Source: a virus (taxonomy: Duplodnaviria; Caudoviricetes). From it: a stretch of DNA of 36,636 bases. A program made the position numbers and the translations under genes. Within the stretch, counting starts at the first letter, position 1. Every line of letters starts with the position of its first letter. The stretch covers positions 1 to 36,636 of IMG/VR virus record IMGVR_UViG_3300047463_000117. One strand, 5' to 3'. Of the stretch, positions 7,863 through 16,600 are shown piece by piece. A model generated the notes under the pieces. That model made no database searches and was not told where the DNA came from. It was given only the letters and a program-made list of their open reading frames with translations.

Positions 7863-8128
7863 TGAACCTCCTGACGTGTGGACCAATTTTTGGCCCGTTG
7901 TTTGAGCATGGCGGTGATGTCATAGTGTGGCGTGCGAACCGGCGGCGTCGGCACCGTGGGACGCGGGAGCGCCGCCACGACCTCCTCCAGCACAAACCGC
8001 CGATGCGACCCGATCAACCGACACGGCAACGACCCTGCCGCAATCAGCCGGTGATAGGTACGCGGGGAAATCTTCAGCGCGGTTTGTAATTCGGAGGGGG
8101 TAAGGAGTGTCATAATGGTCCCCGTCAT
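7859..8128 (-). CDS. xis: Excisionase-like HTH (MerR/Xis fold) DNA-binding protein
   Basis: LLTPSELQTALKISPRTYHRLIAAGSLPCRLIGSHRRF. Second gene of the lytic operon, close to int and attP. Confidence 0.75.
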   Translation of the reverse strand: MTGTIMTLLTPSELQTALKISPRTYHRLIAAGSLPCRLIGSHRRFVLEEVVAALPRPTVPTPPVRTPHYDITAMLKQRAKNWSTRQEVQ

Positions 8129-8316
8129 TTTTTATGTTTGCTGGAAAGTTGTTGCCGCCCCAACTGCAAAACGTAAATCGTTTGCGCGGTGAGTGTGCGC
8201 GATTCGCGCAGCGATTCAGCCCGCAACCAACGATCTAATTCTTCGGGGAGATACACAGTGAAGGGACGGACTTTTGCTTGAGCACTCGCGAGTGGCTTGC
8301 GTAATGTCGTAATCAT
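8125..8316 (-). CDS. Arc-like ribbon-helix-helix regulator (Cro position)
   Basis: PFTVYLPEELDRWLRAESLRESRTLTAQTIYVL matches the Arc/Mnt pattern. Confidence 0.8.
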   Translation of the reverse strand: MITTLRKPLASAQAKVRPFTVYLPEELDRWLRAESLRESRTLTAQTIYVLQLGRQQLSSKHKK

Positions 8317-8339
8317 GTAGTGGTGTATACACCACTACA
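8316..8339. promoter_or_regulatory. Perfect 24-bp palindromic operator
   Basis: TGTAGTGGTGTA|TACACCACTACA, covering the -10 and +1 of the leftward promoter. Confidence 0.85.
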
Positions 8340-8352
8340 GCTTATTCGTCAA
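8324..8352 (-). promoter_or_regulatory. Leftward (lytic) sigma70-type promoter
   Basis: TTGACG (8352-8347), 17 bp spacer, TATACA (8329-8324). Predicted +1 is about 8316, the A of the ATG. Confidence 0.65.
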
Positions 8353-8358
8353 TACCTA

Positions 8359-8387
8359 TTTACAGAATTAGTTTTGACTGATAGGCT
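8359..8387 (+). promoter_or_regulatory. Rightward (lysogenic) sigma70-type promoter
   Basis: TTTACA (8359-8364), 17 bp spacer, TAGGCT (8382-8387). Predicted +1 is about 8394-8395, at the ATG. Confidence 0.6.
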
Positions 8388-8394
8388 TCTATGT

Positions 8395-8655
8395 ATGGCA
8401 AAATCACGAGTCTATAGTTTCCGCATATCTGAGGAATTGGGGCAGATGTTTGACCAGCTAAAAGCTAGTCAGGCCCATCCACGAGTGCCTACCGCAGAGC
8501 TTTTGGTTGAAGCCTTTCGGCTGTATGTAGAATTGGGCAAACGCTACGGGTTAGACGATGCAGTCAAAGTGAAATTACCGAAGTCGCTGCAAATCGTCCC
8601 TCCCCCCAACTCTCTGCTGCCCCCCAAAAAGGCGGGCAGCTCCTCCCCTCGGTAG
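8395..8655 (+). CDS. Ribbon-helix-helix regulator, putative immunity repressor
   Basis: MAKSRVYSFRISEELGQMFDQLK...TAELLVEAFRLY is RHH-like. Divergent from the Arc-like gene and upstream of int. Confidence 0.7.
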   Translation: MAKSRVYSFRISEELGQMFDQLKASQAHPRVPTAELLVEAFRLYVELGKRYGLDDAVKVKLPKSLQIVPPPNSLLPPKKAGSSSPR

Positions 8656-8766
8656 CTGCGATGCAACAAACAGGGAGACAACGACAGGGGGAGCATCGCA
8701 GCGTAATACGTATATGTACTGCCCCTGGCACAAGGTGGCTCTGGTAAATCTCGATTGGTGTGAGAC

Positions 8767-9810
8767 ATGCCCCAACCGACCGCAGGAGTAACCCGCGAAC
8801 GTAACATTCTCCGCGTCGAATCCCCGCTCAAGCCGCTGTTTTATGTGCGCCTGACGATCAATGGGAAGCGCGAGTACTTTGGCTCGTTCCCCTCATTACG
8901 TGAAGCCGTGCGCTTTCGAGACGCGGCAAAAGTCGATCTCCGGCGCAATCAATTCTTTCCTCAAGAGCATCGGCGGCAATCGTCCTGCACGCTCCGCGAT
9001 TGGATCGCCCAGCAGCCCGCCTCAGATCGTCCCGGCGCGAAAAATACGCACGCCTATCGTGACTACTGGCTGACAAAGGCTGGCGCGGTGCCGCTCAGTT
9101 CCCTCACCCCTGCCTATCTCGAGCAGGTCCAGATTGAGTTGCGCGAGTCAGGTAAATCCGATCAAACCGTGCTGCACTATCTCAAGTATCTACGCCATTT
9201 GTTGAATCGGGCCGTGCGGGATGCGCTGATCCCCGCTTCCCCGTTTACGCATGTCCCACTGAAGCCGGTTCAGCATTTGCGCGAGCGGTTCCTGTCCGTC
9301 GCGGAACAGACCGCCTTAGCCAAAGCGTTGCCGTCGCCCTACGATGAGGCTATGCAGATCGCCATCTGGAGTGGATTGCGCTGGTCCGAACAGTTCCGGC
9401 TTCGGCGGGAGGATGTCAAAAAAGGCTATGTGATCTTACCGACCACCAAAGCCGGGATGACGCAGATGCGAGCGATTGGCGATAAAGTCCAGACGGCGCT
9501 TAATCGTCAATTGGCTCGCCACACCTCAGACTGGGTGTATCCCAACACCACCGGCACCGCTCCCATTGATTATGCCAATTTCCGCAAGCGGGTGTGGGAG
9601 CCAGCCATTGCAACCGCTAAGCTCAAAAATCTTCGGTGGCACGACCTGCGCCATACGTTTGCCTCCCGGCTCACGCAACAAGGCGAGTCCGACCGGATCG
9701 TGAGTACCCTGCTGGGTCATACCTCTACGGCGATGGTGAAGCGGTACGCCCACCTTGCGCCCTCGCACTTGCAGGACGCGATTAACCGGATGGTCAAAAA
9801 AAATGGCTAA
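8767..9810 (+). CDS. int: Tyrosine recombinase / phage integrase
   Basis: N-terminal arm-binding beta domain; SGLRWSE (R), TTK (K), WHDLRH, LLGH, RYAH (Y). Adjacent to attP. Confidence 0.97.
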   Translation: MPQPTAGVTRERNILRVESPLKPLFYVRLTINGKREYFGSFPSLREAVRFRDAAKVDLRRNQFFPQEHRRQSSCTLRDWIAQQPASDRPGAKNTHAYRDYWLTKAGAVPLSSLTPAYLEQVQIELRESGKSDQTVLHYLKYLRHLLNRAVRDALIPASPFTHVPLKPVQHLRERFLSVAEQTALAKALPSPYDEAMQIAIWSGLRWSEQFRLRREDVKKGYVILPTTKAGMTQMRAIGDKVQTALNRQLARHTSDWVYPNTTGTAPIDYANFRKRVWEPAIATAKLKNLRWHDLRHTFASRLTQQGESDRIVSTLLGHTSTAMVKRYAHLAPSHLQDAINRMVKKNG

Positions 9811-10027
9811 GAATTGGCTAAGTGGCGAAGGCTGGAAGCGGGGCCGATCTCGTAAGTTGTTGATTTATTGGTGCGCCCGGCTGGAATCGAACCAGCGACA
9901 TTCAGCTTAGAAGAATGATTTGACGCTAGGCAACACCTATGCCAGATCAATTAAATCAACTACTTATCTGCCATGCTCTGCCGCCAAATGCCGCACTTTG
10001 GCTAAAATTTGGCTAAGAATTGGCTAA
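9804..10027. other. attP site: arm-type repeats, IHF sites and tRNA core
   Basis: TGGCTAA direct repeats at 9804, 9815 and at 9999, 10010, 10021 (11-bp period). IHF consensus WATCAAN4TTR at 9853-9865 (-) and 9954-9966 (+). TGCC with 10-bp phasing at 9969, 9979, 9989. Confidence 0.9.
9869..9913 (-). other. attP core: 3' half of tRNA-Arg(UCU), not a complete tRNA
   Basis: The - strand reads CTTCTAA GCTGA ATGTC GCTGG TTCGATT CCAGC CGGGCGC A CCA: anticodon loop TCT, T-arm, acceptor 3' strand and CCA. The 5' half is absent. Confidence 0.9.
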
Positions 10028-10085
10028 GTCATCCACAGGTTTTTGATACTTAAATTCATATTGTTAACAGGATAAATCAACGGCA

Positions 10086-10388
10086 TTACTCGGAACGAAG
10101 ATCGCTGATCTGCGTTCCTTGACTCTGCCGATCGATCAGCAGCACTAAAAGCGCTGCCTCGTTGACCAGATCAATGGCGTCGGCTCGCACGTCCTCAGTC
10201 CGTCCCCGGCGATAGGCCCCAATGATGCGGATGACTCGTTCATAGCATTCCTGAATCTTATCACCGTGGCCGTGAATATAGCGATCCTGAAACGGCATGA
10301 GGTCGTTGCGGCCCCGTTCGCAACGATCTTTGACGATTGACGCGGCTTCGCCCAGAATTTCTTCGTACTGCTCTAGTGGGAAGCTCAT
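10086..10388 (-). CDS. Small all-alpha protein, possible MazG/DUF1599-like nucleotide pyrophosphatase fold
   Basis: ATGA-coupled to the phosphoesterase. Contains ERVIRI...VRADAIDLVNEA. Family call is tentative. Confidence 0.5.
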   Translation of the reverse strand: MSFPLEQYEEILGEAASIVKDRCERGRNDLMPFQDRYIHGHGDKIQECYERVIRIIGAYRRGRTEDVRADAIDLVNEAALLVLLIDRQSQGTQISDLRSE

Positions 10389-11635
10389 GCGACATCCTTT
10401 TGTGTGTTCGTGCGTAAATCAAACGTGGTGCCTGGGGTTTCGAGATAGACCTGCCATTCTGCCGTCACGCCATACACGGGATGACAGATAAAAAGATCTT
10501 GGGTCGGGAGTTGGAAGTCGAAGCCGTTGGCGCTCGCGTATTCATCCCACCCCTTGAGCGATCCATTGCACCGGACCCCCGGCAGGCGTTGCAGAAAGTG
10601 CCAGTGCCCGATGAGTAATAAGTCATACGGTTTATTGATCGCCATGACCTGCTTGCGCTTCTTGGCATCCCCGCGAATGATGGGAGACCAGGACCCACTG
10701 ATCCCACCGCCCCCGCGAAAGTCATCACCGTGGTTCGCCAGAAACCGTGTCTGATACACGGTAAAGGGAAGATTGCATGAGTCCGCAATATCGAACTGGA
10801 TGCGGTCGTCCTGCCGATAGTGCCGCGCCAAAACGTGATACAGCACCCACTCAAAGCTGTCATATTGTTTGTTCTTAAAGCGCGGCTTCTTGTGCAGTCG
10901 GCCATGATTGCCGACGACGCACGGCACGTAGATCTTGCCAAAATGCTGCAACAACAGATCGAATCCGGCAATGAGATGATCAGCGAGGTCCATGATGCAG
11001 ACGTTCACGGGAGCCCAGTTCGTTTCCGCTAATTCCTCATGGATGTTGCCGGACAGCATATCCCCCAACAGCGGAACGATTATTTGGTCATACTGGGGAT
11101 TCGCCATATGTTTCGTTAACAGTTCAACGGCTTTGGAGAAGAACCGCTGGCAGCGGGCCGAGGCAATCGTGTGGTTATAGGCGTTGACGCCGTTGAGTTG
11201 TGCCGCTTCGACGGTTTCGCCCCAGTGCCAATCGCTCGCAACTAGAACCGGCGTGCCGGTGCTGCCTTTCGAGGGAGTCGAGGCCCGCCACTTGGGAGGC
11301 GTCGGACGGTACTGCTTGCACTCATGGATGAACGCTTTGAGTTGTTCGGTATCGTTGACCTGTTCGGCTAAATGCTTGTTGGTGTCCGTCAGCGCCTTAA
11401 TTTTCTGGCGCAATTCCTCGATCAGATGGCGCTCGACCGGCTCATGCTGCATGGCCTGAGACCCATGCAACACCGGCACGTCAATACCATGTCGCAAGCA
11501 CGCATTCAGACGGTTCTGATAGGTGGCCGGGTGCAGCCCTAAGCGTCGCGCCGCTTCACTTTTGACGCCGAGTGCGGCCAGATACGCGCTTTTCGCTTCT
11601 TGCGCTTGCTCTTTGGTAATGCTGACAGTCGCCAT
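10385..11635 (-). CDS. Calcineurin-like metallophosphoesterase with N-terminal HTH and coiled coil
   Basis: SDWH, GD, GNHG, HGD and GHWH metal-binding motifs. N-terminal KSEAARRLGLHPATYQNRL HTH. Confidence 0.85.
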   Translation of the reverse strand: MATVSITKEQAQEAKSAYLAALGVKSEAARRLGLHPATYQNRLNACLRHGIDVPVLHGSQAMQHEPVERHLIEELRQKIKALTDTNKHLAEQVNDTEQLKAFIHECKQYRPTPPKWRASTPSKGSTGTPVLVASDWHWGETVEAAQLNGVNAYNHTIASARCQRFFSKAVELLTKHMANPQYDQIIVPLLGDMLSGNIHEELAETNWAPVNVCIMDLADHLIAGFDLLLQHFGKIYVPCVVGNHGRLHKKPRFKNKQYDSFEWVLYHVLARHYRQDDRIQFDIADSCNLPFTVYQTRFLANHGDDFRGGGGISGSWSPIIRGDAKKRKQVMAINKPYDLLLIGHWHFLQRLPGVRCNGSLKGWDEYASANGFDFQLPTQDLFICHPVYGVTAEWQVYLETPGTTFDLRTNTQKDVA

Positions 11636-11739
11636 CGGTCTGCCCAATCCTCCCCATCGTCTACCAGGTCCAAGTCATACAATTCCCACCAGATGAAACC
11701 ACGCATGATGGCCCCTCCCGTGGTTGACGACGCTGTAAT

Positions 11740-11769
11740 GCGGGACGCAACGAGGTCGCTCCGTCCCGC
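11740..11769 (-). terminator. Stem-loop after the lysis genes
   Basis: GCGGGACG...CGTCCCGC inverted repeat just downstream of the 11775 stop. No strong U-tract. Confidence 0.35.
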
Positions 11770-11774
11770 GTGGC

Positions 11775-11951
11775 TTACTTCCCGGCGAGCTTCTTTAAGA
11801 CGTTGTAGATCGCTTGGAACACGCTGTTTGACTGGATCTGCGGAATGACCGCCAGCGTCTCCGAGAGACCGAACAAGGCCACGAGAATGGCCGTCCCCGC
11901 CTCACTTTGTAAGAATGACCAGATGCTCCAGAGTGCCGATAGGCTGCTCAT
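11775..11951 (-). CDS. Putative holin-like membrane protein (58 aa; not in ORF track)
   Basis: MSSLSALWSIWSFLQSEAGTAILVALFGLSETLAVIPQIQSNSVFQAIYNVLKKLAGK. RBS AAGGAGG; basic C-terminus; lies in the lysis cluster. Confidence 0.7.
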   Translation of the reverse strand: MSSLSALWSIWSFLQSEAGTAILVALFGLSETLAVIPQIQSNSVFQAIYNVLKKLAGK

Positions 11952-11964
11952 ACGTCCTCCTTGG

Positions 11965-12096
11965 TTAGAACCAGAATCGAAAACCGATGTTGCCGCTCGA
12001 TGGATCGACCTGCTTGGGTTGCGTGATCGTCGGTTCCGCTGGCAGCGGACGGACCGAACGAACGAGCCAGCGCCAGACGGTTGTGACCCACGTCAT
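11965..12096 (-). CDS. Small lysis-region protein (43 aa; not in ORF track)
   Basis: MTWVTTVWRWLVRSVRPLPAEPTITQPKQVDPSSGNIGFRFWF. ATGA overlap; RBS GGGGAG. Confidence 0.6.
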   Translation of the reverse strand: MTWVTTVWRWLVRSVRPLPAEPTITQPKQVDPSSGNIGFRFWF

Positions 12097-12332
12097 GCCT
12101 TATGCTCCCCCCGAAGAACCTTCCACACTGACCGCTGTTCCTCTTTGATGCCGTGATAGCGTTCGTCGCATTGCGCCGTGTGCAGCTCTTGCCATTGTTC
12201 GGCTTTTGCAATCCGGCCATTCAGTTTCGCCAGATGGTCCCGCATTTGAAGCGACAGCTTGAAAATTCCCACGATGCCCGCCACCGTGAGCCCTTGCAGG
12301 ATCGACGACAAATTGACGGTGAAATCGATCAT
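12093..12332 (-). CDS. Membrane-anchored coiled-coil protein (holin/lysis accessory candidate)
   Basis: N-terminal hydrophobic helix followed by a coiled coil, close to the endolysin. Confidence 0.65.
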   Translation of the reverse strand: MIDFTVNLSSILQGLTVAGIVGIFKLSLQMRDHLAKLNGRIAKAEQWQELHTAQCDERYHGIKEEQRSVWKVLRGEHKA

Positions 12333-12424
12333 TTTGGTGTTCCTTTGCAGCGATACATCGCGTGGCGGTAGGCCGCGTCATGGGAGTAGGTAGTGCCGCA
12401 CGCTGGGCAACGATAGACCGTCAT
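12329..12424 (-). CDS. 31-aa zinc-finger micro-protein (not in ORF track)
   Basis: MTVYRCPACGTTYSHDAAYRHAMYRCKGTPK. ATGA overlaps at both ends. Confidence 0.6.
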   Translation of the reverse strand: MTVYRCPACGTTYSHDAAYRHAMYRCKGTPK

Positions 12425-12747
12425 GCGTGCCGGTCCGGTTCGGGCTCTTTGAAGTCAAACTCAACATGGATGTGATCGCGCTCAAGGACCACATCAAACT
12501 GGCCTGGATGGAGCGCCTCTTTCAGTGCCACAAAGACCGGATGGACCTGTTCTGGTCTGAGGTTGTTGGTTCGCAGGTCCAGCGCCTTGCCTTTATAGTG
12601 CAGACTGTTCGGCATGTGCTTGCCGTCACTGGCTGACGTAATGACACACCGCTGGCCTGCGACCTCGTGATAGATCTGCTGCGCGATGCTGTAGGCCACC
12701 GCCATTTGCGGCGTCAGGCCCCGTAGATCCACTCCCGTTTTAATCAT
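12421..12747 (-). CDS. Endolysin, peptidase M15 (Hedgehog/DD-peptidase fold)
   Basis: ITS..DGKH, SLHYKGKALDLR and DHIHVE zinc ligands. Confidence 0.85.
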   Translation of the reverse strand: MIKTGVDLRGLTPQMAVAYSIAQQIYHEVAGQRCVITSASDGKHMPNSLHYKGKALDLRTNNLRPEQVHPVFVALKEALHPGQFDVVLERDHIHVEFDFKEPEPDRHA

Positions 12748-12958
12748 GGGATACCTCCTCTAGACATTCGCGGATCTGGCGCATGATGCGGGCCTCTCGT
12801 TCTGATGCGGTTTCCTCACGGCGAAAGATCCGGTTGAAACTAATCGTCTCATCGGTGCGGTTCCCGCAGAGCACGCAGGCCCAGAGGACAATCGACGGAC
12901 TGCCCGCTTCATGCGCCGGTTCTTCCGTCATCGGCCCCTGACAGCGGGAACAGCGCAT
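12740..12958 (-). CDS. Small zinc-ribbon protein
   Basis: MRCSRCQGPM...WACVLCGNRTD...NR. TAATG overlap with the upstream gene. Confidence 0.75.
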   Translation of the reverse strand: MRCSRCQGPMTEEPAHEAGSPSIVLWACVLCGNRTDETISFNRIFRREETASEREARIMRQIRECLEEVSHD

Positions 12959-13665
12959 TAGTAGCCTTTCACCACCATGACGCAGTAGTACTTCGCCGCC
13001 GTCGCGTTGTAGATAAACTCGATGAAGTCCCGCTTGCTGGCGGTGGTCGTCAGCGTGGCTCCCGTGATGTCAGAGCCGAAGGCCACTTCACTCCCCCAGG
13101 TGGCGGTGCGCGAGCCGGTGCCGTCCTGAATCACTTCCAACACGCACCGCTGGCCGTCGAGTGCGCCGGTCAGTGCGAACGTCACATTCCCCGTCAGGGT
13201 GACTCGCTGGTGCGAGCCTTTGGACCAATCCACCGTCGTGGTGGCGGCGTAGGTCAGGCCGAAGGCCGTATGGTGGACGTTGGCCGCAAACGCATCGGAG
13301 AGAGGTCGTACATCGGTGCCGTCCGCATACACCAGCGCCTTTGTGCCTTGTGTCACGACCACGCCGGTTTGTCCGCTCACTTTGACGGTCAGCGTATAGG
13401 CTCCGCTCGTCGCATTGTCGATTACAAACGGCTTACTGCGAGCCGGGACGATCACGGCTCGATTGCCCGTCAGCGTGCCGGTACATTTCAAGACGGCGCT
13501 ACGGAACTGTGAGTCGGTCAACGTCACGTCCGCCGTGGTGACGGTCAGTGCGGTGACGGTACAGAGGGCATCCTCCAACTTAGTCACCGCATCGTTCGCG
13601 GTGACTTCCTTCTGTGACTGGTTGGCGGCGATTAGCTCGATCTTCAGTTGGCTTGTTTGGCTCAT
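12958..13665 (-). CDS. Tail fibre/tip protein with DUF2793-like N-terminus
   Basis: QSQKEVTANDA resembles the GTA fibre anchor. Beta-rich C-terminal domain (VIQDGTGSRT). Directly follows the central tail protein. Confidence 0.75.
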   Translation of the reverse strand: MSQTSQLKIELIAANQSQKEVTANDAVTKLEDALCTVTALTVTTADVTLTDSQFRSAVLKCTGTLTGNRAVIVPARSKPFVIDNATSGAYTLTVKVSGQTGVVVTQGTKALVYADGTDVRPLSDAFAANVHHTAFGLTYAATTTVDWSKGSHQRVTLTGNVTFALTGALDGQRCVLEVIQDGTGSRTATWGSEVAFGSDITGATLTTTASKRDFIEFIYNATAAKYYCVMVVKGY

Positions 13666-13673
13666 GGCACTCC

Positions 13674-16600
13674 TTACACCGTCGCGGTGGCGGCGAAGCC
13701 ACGGTCCACGGTTGATGAGATCTGATAGACTTTGATGGTCACAGTTGACTGCGCTGATCCGAAGTCCGTCACTTGGTTGGCGGCGGTGTAACTGGCCGTC
13801 TGCGCCGTGACGCTGATCGTGCGGACCACGGCTCCGTTTTTGTAAATATCGACTTCGTAGGCTTCGCTGGTTTCACCAAGATCGACGTCACCCCCGTCGG
13901 CCCAGTCGCCGCCTGTGCGGGTGCGGCGAATCCACGTAATCGTGAGATTATTCGACCCGTCCCGGCTCCCGGCCACTTGGACCGGGGCATAAGGTTTGAG
14001 TGCCGCTGCCGTACAGGTCAACGAGACCGGCTGCACAAAGTTGGCATCGATCCCCATCGGGACCAGCTTGTAGCGGTAGTCGTCCCCGACTTCCGTACTC
14101 AGCATTCCGGTATAGCGGGTGACGGTCGCTTCGTTCTGGTTGAGGACCACGACGCGATCCCCTACCGCGTGGGTGGGACAGGCCCAGTCGGTGCCGCGTC
14201 GTCCGCGTAGGAGCCGCCAGAGGCGATAAACCCCGCCGCCTTTGTAGTCCGCTCGCCGGTATTGGATGAGTTCATCCCCCACCAGCAAGAGGTTCGCGCC
14301 GTTCAGCACGTCGAGGTCGCTGGGCGCGTCAAAGATAAACCCGCTCGACAGGATGACGTAGAGTTCGCTGGCGTCGTCCCAGGTTTCCCAATTCGTCGGC
14401 GCATCGAGCGCGTTCAGTGCTCGCCCGGCTGGTGCGCCATACGTCAGGTTCTTGATGGTGCTATAGGTGACGCCGCCATCTTGGGACTGATTGAGGTCGC
14501 TATATTTCCAGGCTGCGCCCGCTTCTCCGGCTACATAGAACCCATAGTCGCCATCGTCCGCATCGCGCAGGAGCGGGATATCCATGAGGTACAGCGCCGG
14601 AAGTGTAGACGGTTGGATGCCGGTATCGCTGGACAGACTCCCCACCCCCGTTCTGGTGAACGCATAGACGCTCGGATCTTCATCCACACAGGTGAGCTTC
14701 ATCAAATTCGGGTGCTGGTAGTCGATCTTATTGATCCGCAGGACGTTGGAAGCTCCGCGTCGATCCGTAAAGGTGATGACATCCGTCGGGTCTAGCTGGA
14801 AGTATTTGCGGGTGGTCGTGATCGTGTGCGTGGTGCGTTCGCTCCAGGCGTTGTGGAGCAGCACATCCGCGACTTGCTTGGCTTTCGTCGGCGTCATGGC
14901 GATGGGCAGTTCCACGGTCACTTTGTCCTGTACATTGCCGATCAACCGCCGTGCGTATTGCGTGGCGCTGTTGTACCAGGCCGCAGGGTCAATGAACGTC
15001 ACGTCCAGGTGGTTCGGCAGTTCCAGATTCGGCTGGCGGCTCATGGCGTCTGACGCGGGCATCGTGTCCCCGACGTTATGCGCGGCGCAGTCGGTATAGG
15101 GCAGCGTGAGGATCGACGCCCCCCCGCGCTTGACGAAGGTCATCTTGTAGTCGGACTCCACGGCATCGAAGAAGTACGCCTGCTGAAGCGGCTCAATAAA
15201 CCCGCGCACGGGCGCTCGTTGTGAGAGGGCATAGCCGGAGACCAGATCGGTAAGGGCCGTCACGGTAATGTCGCCGGTCGTTAGTCCCGCCCGGACCGAC
15301 AGATCGCTGACGATGGTGGAGAGCGGCACGCCGCTATTGACCGGCGCGGGATAGATCGGGACTTTCACCAGGCCGTAGGTATCGGTGACACAGGCGAAGG
15401 GCGCGTTGGGATACATGACCATGCGCGTCAGGCCGCTATTTGGGCGGAGCGCACTACTGATCGTGAAGGCTTCGACTGTCGCCCCGGTCGCTTTATCCAG
15501 CCGATCCCATTGCGTGCCGCCGGTGCCGGGGTCATAGCAGGCCACCCACAGATCCCGACTGCCGACTTGTACGTCCAGATCTTTCGGTTTCACGCCCGTG
15601 GAGGCCGAGTTGGTATAGGTCCGATCCCACACCACCGCCAGCGTGGTCGGATCAAGCCGCAGCACATGGCTGTCGGCGCTCGGCTTGTGGACCAGCACAT
15701 AGACCGCGTGATCGTAGTCGTCGTAGGCAATGCGATTGGCCGAGGCGCTGCCGAGATAGCCGGTATCCTTCGTGAGGCTGGAGGGAACCGCGCCGTCCAC
15801 AAGCTGTCCGATTTGCTGCACGACGCCATAGCCATCAACGACATAGAGAAACTCACGGCTGAGTGCGGCCTGCATCGTATAGCCTAAGGCCGGAATCCCT
15901 GCGGACCCCCAAGAGATCTTCTCGTACAGAGAGGGGGACCCATCGTCAAAGTTGATCGGCAGCTTGACCATCAGCGGGTAGGCATTTGAGCCAAACGCGA
16001 TGACGCCGGGAGGCACCAGCAGGTCGCCCCCGACCAGCGTATCGACGGTTTTCACCAGCGTGAGGAATTGCGGGGAGAGGACGCCGAGCAGCAGTTGTGC
16101 CAGTTGGTTGGGTTCTTGCCATTGCCACTCGCGCAGATCCGTGACGACATTGCCCGGCCACCCCGCAAAGGCGGTCGAGGTATCGAGGATGTTGAAATCC
16201 GTCTGTGCGTAGCTCTCCGTGTTAATGGCCGAGACCGTCGCCCCTAGATAGATGCTGTAATCATCGCCAAACCACATGCGCGGCGGGTAGCGTTTGAGCG
16301 TGATCTCGTTGTTGCCGTCACTAATCAACCCGTTTTTGTGCGGCATGTAAAATGGCGGCTGATAGCACGCCTGCCGGAGTCGATTGACGGGAAAGCCGGT
16401 GATGGTTTTCACAACGGCCCAGGTATCTGGACGCACGACGCGGACCTTGCCTTCGCCGTAGTCCGGTTGCCACACTAGCCCAGATAACGGATCGATGACC
16501 GGGTTCGAGGAGTTCGCCTGTCCTCCACTCACCACCGGACAGGTGCGGGTGTAGGTGCCGGTGCTCACCACTTCAAAGGACAGATTCGGGAGACGATTGC

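Noticed and set aside
8320-8394. Longer start for the + strand RHH gene
   Set aside because: It would run through the operator and both promoters. The RHH motif starts at the ATG at 8395.
9869-9913. Functional tRNA-Arg gene
   Set aside because: Only the 3' half is present. The 5' anticodon stem, D-arm and 5' acceptor strand are missing, so it is an att core.
11539-11706. 55-aa ORF (MRGFIWWELYD...) with a good SD
   Set aside because: It overlaps the phosphoesterase N-terminus by about 100 bp and has no recognisable motif. It cannot be supported, though it is not excluded.
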